Part shown: one piece after another, positions 27,193 through 32,000 of the stretch
Position numbering within the stretch: the stretch's first letter is position 1
How the letters are laid out: each line of letters begins with the position of its first letter
Origin: Candidatus Saccharimonadota bacterium
Lineage (GTDB): Bacteria; Pseudomonadota; Gammaproteobacteria; Enterobacterales; Enterobacteriaceae
Direction of reading: 5' to 3'
NCBI GenBank assembly: GCA_041941795.1
Contig: CP145872.1
Span: 360,001 to 392,000, forward strand
DNA: 32,000 bases
Notes under the pieces: model-generated
Seen by the model: the letters and a program-made list of their open reading frames with translations, nothing else
Database searches by the model: none
Told to the model about the DNA's origin: nothing
Translations under genes and position numbers: made by a program

Positions 27193-28911
27193 ATGCGTAC
27201 TAAATATTGCGGTCAGCTAAGTATTGACCATGTTAGACATAAAGTTACTTTATGTGGATGGGTAGATCGTATTCGTAATTTAGGACCATTAATATTTATT
27301 GATTTACGTGATTCTAAAGGTATAGTTCAGATTGTGTTTGATCAAGAATTGAAAGATATTTTTGAAAAAGCGGTCCAGTTACGATTAGAGTTCTGTATTC
27401 AAGTACAAGGTATAGTAGGTATTCGTAAAAATTTTAATAATAAAATTGCAACTGGAGCTATAGAAGTTAAAGCGACTTATCTAAGAATTATAAATTCATC
27501 AGAACCCTTACCGATTGATATCCATCGAATAAATAGTGAAGAAATGCGCTTAAAATATCGGTATCTTGACTTGCGAAGAGATGAAATTAGACAACGTCTA
27601 AAAATAAGAGCTGACACTACTACTATAATAAGAAATTTTCTTAATAAGAAAGGATTTATGGAAATAGAAACTCCTATATTAACTAGGGGGACACCAGAAG
27701 GAGCCAGAGATTATATAGTACCAAGTAGAGTACATCCAGGAAAATATTATGCCTTACCTCAGTCTCCCCAATTATTTAAGCAATTGTTAATGATTTCGGG
27801 AGTTGATCGTTATTATCAAATAGCAAAGTGCTTTCGTGATGAAGATCTAAGAATGGATCGACAACCGGAATTTACTCAAATTGATATAGAAACATCTTTT
27901 ATGTCTGCAACCCAATTAAGATCCGTGATAGAAAAAATGATCTGTAAAATTTGGAGACAAATCAAAGGAATAAATTTAGTACGCTTTCCAGTGATTAGTT
28001 TAAGTGAAGCTATAAACCGTTTTGGTACTGATAAACCCGATTTACGTAATCCTTTAGAATTGTTAGATTTTTCTGATATCTTATCAAAGAACACTATTTT
28101 CTATAATAGTATTACTAATAATTACTTAAATAGAGTACGAGGTCTTAAAATTCCAAGGAATACTAAAATTAGTAAAAAGCAAATTGAATATTATAAAAAT
28201 AATTGTATAAAAAATTATTCGCAAGTTCAATGTGAATGGATAACAAGATCTTCTTTAGAAGAAAGAAAGATTATTAAAAATAAGAATAGCAATCCACAAT
28301 GTATCATTTCCACAGAGTTAATAGAAGCTATCTTAAACCGGCTAGAGCTTAGTGAGGGTGATTTAATATTTGTATGTGTAGGACTCAATAAAGAAATTTT
28401 AAATCTCTTAGCTGAGATGCGCTTAAAAATAGCACAGGATTGCAGTTTAACCATAGAAGACACTTGGTATCCTGTTTGGATAGTAGACTTTCCTATGTTC
28501 ATTCAAGCTGAAAGCGACAAACTTACTTCTGAACATCATCCATTTTCTTCACCTTATCCGCAGGTGACTCCAGAAGAATTAATAAAAAATCCTCTAACTA
28601 CCGTAGCTAATACCTATGATTTAGTGATTAATGGATATGAGATTGGAAGTGGTTCTGTACGTATCCATTCTTTAAAGATGCAACAAACAGTGTTTTCGTT
28701 ACTAGGAATGTCTATAGCAGAACAAAATAACAAGTTTGGCTTCTTTCTAGAAGCACTCAAATACGGTACTCCTCCCCATGCAGGGATAGCATTAGGATTA
28801 GATCGAATTGTTATGTTACTTACAGGGAGCAAAAATCTACGAGAAGTTATTGCATTTCCTAAAACTACTACTGCCTCATGTTTAATGACCAGTACGCCTA
28901 ATTACAATTAG
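27193..28911 (+). CDS. aspS: Aspartate--tRNA ligase
   Basis: 572 aa. MRTKYCGQL, RLKYRYLDLRR, TPEGARDYIVPSRVH, ALPQSPQLFKQLLM, YYQIAKCFRDEDLRMDRQPEFTQIDIE and GTPPHAGIALGLDRIVMLLTG are colinear with E. coli AspS (590 aa). It is shorter at the extreme C-terminus. Confidence 0.95.
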   Translation: MRTKYCGQLSIDHVRHKVTLCGWVDRIRNLGPLIFIDLRDSKGIVQIVFDQELKDIFEKAVQLRLEFCIQVQGIVGIRKNFNNKIATGAIEVKATYLRIINSSEPLPIDIHRINSEEMRLKYRYLDLRRDEIRQRLKIRADTTTIIRNFLNKKGFMEIETPILTRGTPEGARDYIVPSRVHPGKYYALPQSPQLFKQLLMISGVDRYYQIAKCFRDEDLRMDRQPEFTQIDIETSFMSATQLRSVIEKMICKIWRQIKGINLVRFPVISLSEAINRFGTDKPDLRNPLELLDFSDILSKNTIFYNSITNNYLNRVRGLKIPRNTKISKKQIEYYKNNCIKNYSQVQCEWITRSSLEERKIIKNKNSNPQCIISTELIEAILNRLELSEGDLIFVCVGLNKEILNLLAEMRLKIAQDCSLTIEDTWYPVWIVDFPMFIQAESDKLTSEHHPFSSPYPQVTPEELIKNPLTTVANTYDLVINGYEIGSGSVRIHSLKMQQTVFSLLGMSIAEQNNKFGFFLEALKYGTPPHAGIALGLDRIVMLLTGSKNLREVIAFPKTTTASCLMTSTPNYN

Positions 28912-29004
28912 CACTAATAATTGAATTCGTGACTGATTTTTTTGTAGATTTCTCTTCTATAAGAAAAATATTCTTAATTACTGCAAATACTCTTGGAGAA
29001 TAAA

Positions 29005-29739
29005 ATGTCTGGTCATAGTAAATGGGCTAATACTAAACATCGAAAAGCTGCACAAGATGCAAAACGTGAAAAAATTTTTACTAAAATTATTAGAGAGATT
29101 ATTTCTGCCACTAAACTAGGAGGTAGTAATCCCATGTCTAATAATCGTTTAAAAACCGCCATAGAGAAAGCTCTCGCAAAAAATATGACTCGTGATACTA
29201 TTACACGTGCTATTAGTAGGGGAAGAGGAAGTCAAGAAGATAAAGATGTAAATACTATCATCTATGAAGGATATGGACCAGGAGGTACAGCCATTCTGAT
29301 TAAATGCTTAACTAATAATCGTAATAGAACTATTTCAGAATTAAGAAGAATTTTTTCTAAAAATGAGGGTACTTTAGTTCCTCCAGGTTCGATATCTTAT
29401 TTGTTTCGAAAAAAAAGAATTCTCACTTATCTTGATGAACATAATCAAGAAACTCTGCTTAATATAGCATTGCAATTTGGTGCGGAAGATATTATAAGTA
29501 GAAAACATGAGAATAAGATAGATATCTTTATGGACCCTAAATTATTCAGTATTATCACTCCACCTTTGGAAGCTGCGGGCTTTTCGCCCGAATCATCAGA
29601 TATCAAGATGATACCTATAATTAAAGTAAAGATATCTTTACTAATGGCGAATCAATTGATTAATTTAATTCATTTACTTGCAATCATTGGAGATGTACAA
29701 GAAATTTCTCATAATGCTGATCTCGATGATCATCCTTAA
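29005..29739 (+). CDS. yebC: YebC/PmpR (TACO1) family protein
   Basis: [31 protein letters not shown] compares with E. coli Yeb[35 protein letters not shown] at 29005, with GGAG 6 nt upstream. The ORF-track TTG at 28993 is less likely. Confidence 0.9.
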   Translation: MSGHSKWANTKHRKAAQDAKREKIFTKIIREIISATKLGGSNPMSNNRLKTAIEKALAKNMTRDTITRAISRGRGSQEDKDVNTIIYEGYGPGGTAILIKCLTNNRNRTISELRRIFSKNEGTLVPPGSISYLFRKKRILTYLDEHNQETLLNIALQFGAEDIISRKHENKIDIFMDPKLFSIITPPLEAAGFSPESSDIKMIPIIKVKISLLMANQLINLIHLLAIIGDVQEISHNADLDDHP

Positions 29740-29767
29740 TTCTCTTTTCAGGATGAAGAAATACAGA

Positions 29768-30238
29768 ATGATAACTATTTTAGGCATAGATCCCGGATCA
29801 CGAATAACCGGATATGGTGTAATTATAAAAAAAGGCAAGATTATTCACTATCTTGATAGTGGTTGTATTCATAGTAATGAGGAAGTATTTGCTAGTCGTT
29901 TAAAATTAATTTATTTAGGAGTAAGTAAAATTATAACTAAATTTAATCCTAATGTATTAGCAATAGAACAAGTATTTATTGCTAAAAATGCTAATTCTGC
30001 CTTAAAATTAGGTCATGCTAGGGGAGCAGCAATGGTATCGGCTGTTAATCATCACTTACCTATATTTGAATATGCAGCTAAAAAGGTCAAAAAAACCGTT
30101 GTAGGAACGGGAAAAGCCGGTAAACAACAGGTACAGCATATGGTACGTTTTTTGTTGAAATTATCATTTACTCCTGCTACCGATGCAGCTGATGCTTTAG
30201 CTATAGCCATCACACATTGTCATATGTGTGTCAAATAA
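29768..30238 (+). CDS. ruvC: Crossover junction endodeoxyribonuclease RuvC
   Basis: [25 protein letters not shown] and [17 protein letters not shown] match E. coli RuvC, and the catalytic D/E/D/D residues are present. The start was chosen by homology (29768); an ATG at 29753 is an alternative. The ORF-track start at 29678 overlaps yebC and adds a non-homologous N-terminus. It ends about 17 aa earlier than E. coli RuvC. Confidence 0.85.
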   Translation: MITILGIDPGSRITGYGVIIKKGKIIHYLDSGCIHSNEEVFASRLKLIYLGVSKIITKFNPNVLAIEQVFIAKNANSALKLGHARGAAMVSAVNHHLPIFEYAAKKVKKTVVGTGKAGKQQVQHMVRFLLKLSFTPATDAADALAIAITHCHMCVK

Positions 30239-30334
30239 GTACCCTATTGTCAGGTCTGGTAGCAATAAGAGAAAATTATTATTTCAGGTATTTTTTATAA
30301 AATAAATGTTTGTAAAAATTTCAAGGAAATTAAA

Positions 30335-30967
30335 GTGATAGGACGTTTAAGAGGAATTATAATTGAGAAATTACCTCCTCAAATTTTACTTGAAGTAAAT
30401 GGAGTAGGTTATGAAGTAAGTATGCCCATGACGTGTTTTTATAGTCTGCCTGAATTAAATGTTGAAGTTATTCTTCTTACACATTTTATAGTCCGGGAAG
30501 ATGTAAATTTATTATTTGGATTTAATCATCAACAAGAAAGAACATTATTTCGAGAGTTAATTAAGGTGAATGGGATAGGACCCAAATTAGCATTATCAAT
30601 CCTATCAGGTATGTCTTACGCACAATTTATCGCTGCTATTAAAAATAAACAAATTAGTATTCTCGAGAAGTTACAGGGAGTAGGAAAGAAAACTGCGGAA
30701 CGTTTAGTAATTGAAATGAAAGATCGGTTAACAGAAAAATATAATAATTTTTTTAATGATATAAATAATCATATTTTAACTCCTAACTGTGATAATGAAA
30801 ATAATTTCGCAACACATAGAAATGTGGAAAATGAAGCTATTTCAGCCTTAATCTCACTTGGATATAAGCCGCAAGATGCAAAACGTATAATTAATATTGT
30901 CTATAAGGAGCATACTTATGCAGATTGTGAAACCCTCATTCGGGAAGCTCTTCGAACATTTTTATAA
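30335..30967 (+). CDS. ruvA: Holliday junction DNA helicase subunit RuvA
   Basis: 210 aa with a GTG start and AAGGA upstream. [36 protein letters not shown] is near-identical to the E. coli RuvA N-terminus. HhH motifs [13 protein letters not shown] and [10 protein letters not shown] are present. Confidence 0.95.
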   Translation: MIGRLRGIIIEKLPPQILLEVNGVGYEVSMPMTCFYSLPELNVEVILLTHFIVREDVNLLFGFNHQQERTLFRELIKVNGIGPKLALSILSGMSYAQFIAAIKNKQISILEKLQGVGKKTAERLVIEMKDRLTEKYNNFFNDINNHILTPNCDNENNFATHRNVENEAISALISLGYKPQDAKRIINIVYKEHTYADCETLIREALRTFL

Positions 30968-30980
30968 TTAATAAAATTTT

Positions 30981-32000
30981 ATGAATAAAATTTCTCGTCT
31001 TAACTCTCCAGAGAGGATTATTTCAGATAAGAATGTTCTGAAAAAAAATCTTTCTCAACGTATTATTCGTCCCAAAACCTTAAAAGAATATATAGGACAA
31101 ACAAAAGTAAGAGAACAAATGGATATATTTATTAAGGCGGCTAAAATGCGTTCGGCAGCTTTAGATCATTTGCTTATTTTTGGTCCTCCGGGATTAGGAA
31201 AAACTACTTTAGCTAATGTGGTTGCTAATGAAATGGCAGTAAATTTGCGTACTACTTCAGGACCTATCTTAGAAAAAGCGGGAGATTTAGCTGCACTTTT
31301 AACTAATCTGGAAGCTCAAGATATTTTATTTATTGATGAAATTCATCGTTTGTCTCCGGTAGTAGAAGAAATACTTTACCCGGCTATGGAAGATTATCAA
31401 TTAGATATCCTAATAGGCGAAGGTCCCGGCGCTCGATCTCTAAAACTAGATTTACCTCCATTCACTTTAATTGGCGCTACTACTAAAGCAGGATCGTTAA
31501 CATCTCCTCTTCGAGATCGATTTGGTATTATCCAAAGACTAGAATTTTATGAAATTACTGATTTGCAAAAAATTATTCATCGCAGTGCAGAATGTTTAGG
31601 AGTCAATATTAGTGAGGAAGGAATAAACGAAATAGCTAGACGATCCCGTGGAACCCCTAGGATTGCTAACAGATTATTACGTAGAGTAAGAGATTTTGCA
31701 GATGTATATGCTCAAGGTTACTTAACTAGTGAGGTTACCATAAAAGCTTTAGATGTATTAAATGTCGATACGGCAGGATTTGACTATCTAGATCGAAAAT
31801 TACTATGCACTATTATGGAAAAATTTAGTGGAGGACCAGTAGGCATTGAGAATCTAGCGGCGTCTATTGGGGAAGAAAAACATACTATTGAAGATGTCTT
31901 AGAACCTTTTTTAATTCAACAAGGATACCTAAAGCGTACAGCGCGAGGAAGAATGGCTACACATCAAACTTATAATCATTTTGGAATTAGTATAAAGATT
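30981..32000 (+). CDS. ruvB: Holliday junction DNA helicase RuvB (340 codons in the window, no stop reached; 3' end just beyond the window)
   Basis: My own translation from the ATG at 30981 gives ...[57 protein letters not shown]...[10 protein letters not shown]...[18 protein letters not shown]...[14 protein letters not shown]. It is colinear with E. coli RuvB (336 aa). It is absent from the ORF track only because the stop lies outside the window. Confidence 0.95.
   Translation, partial: MNKISRLNSPERIISDKNVLKKNLSQRIIRPKTLKEYIGQTKVREQMDIFIKAAKMRSAALDHLLIFGPPGLGKTTLANVVANEMAVNLRTTSGPILEKAGDLAALLTNLEAQDILFIDEIHRLSPVVEEILYPAMEDYQLDILIGEGPGARSLKLDLPPFTLIGATTKAGSLTSPLRDRFGIIQRLEFYEITDLQKIIHRSAECLGVNISEEGINEIARRSRGTPRIANRLLRRVRDFADVYAQGYLTSEVTIKALDVLNVDTAGFDYLDRKLLCTIMEKFSGGPVGIENLAASIGEEKHTIEDVLEPFLIQQGYLKRTARGRMATHQTYNHFGISIKI

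Noticed and set aside
27876-28832. Three antisense ORFs inside aspS (27876-28094, 28227-28502, 28614-28832)
   Set aside because: Shadow ORFs opposite a conserved gene.
30239-30334. I looked for a LexA/SOS box (CTG-N10-CAG) upstream of ruvA, as in E. coli ruvAB
   Set aside because: None is present; ctggtagcaataagag fails the 3' half-site. This is consistent with loss of SOS control in reduced genomes, but it is a negative result, not a feature.

Overview
This window is strongly AT-rich (roughly 30% G+C by eye, not computed) and gene-dense. It consists of housekeeping genes whose products align closely with E. coli orthologues as I recall them. That pattern fits a reduced-genome Enterobacterales chromosome of the insect-endosymbiont type. 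I cannot assign a species from the sequence alone.

Gene order, left to right: yajC' (5' part), tgt, ahpC-type 2-Cys peroxiredoxin, rnpB (RNase P RNA), rsmI, yqjK-yqjE-yqjD, tRNA-Ser(UGA), tusE, thrA, fbp, sodA, recB, fumC, fabI, putA, putP, tRNA-Ser(GGA), argS, cmoB-cmoA, aspS, yebC, ruvC, ruvA, ruvB' (3' end runs off the window).

I see no IS elements, phage genes, CRISPR arrays, toxin-antitoxin pairs or defence-type gene clusters. I do not think the window holds a novel multi-gene system; it is ordinary core genome.

Five things deserve a second look:
1. A perfect 17-bp-arm inverted repeat sits in-frame inside the essential gene fabI and coincides with a 6-residue insertion.
2. The put locus looks rewired. 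PutA has no room for its N-terminal DNA-binding domain, the putA-putP spacer has no GTTGCA operators, and fabI is fused behind putA through a stem-loop that contains the fabI Shine-Dalgarno (SD) sequence.
3. thrA stands alone, without thrB or thrC. Its 620-bp leader has no Thr/Ile leader peptide, shows a possible attenuator vestige, and carries an 18-bp perfect palindrome.
4. Several 350-600 bp non-coding spacers are unusually long for such a compact genome.
5. The two tRNA-Ser genes differ in whether the 3' CCA is encoded.

Most of the short palindromes I noticed are within chance expectation for AT-rich DNA and are flagged as such.
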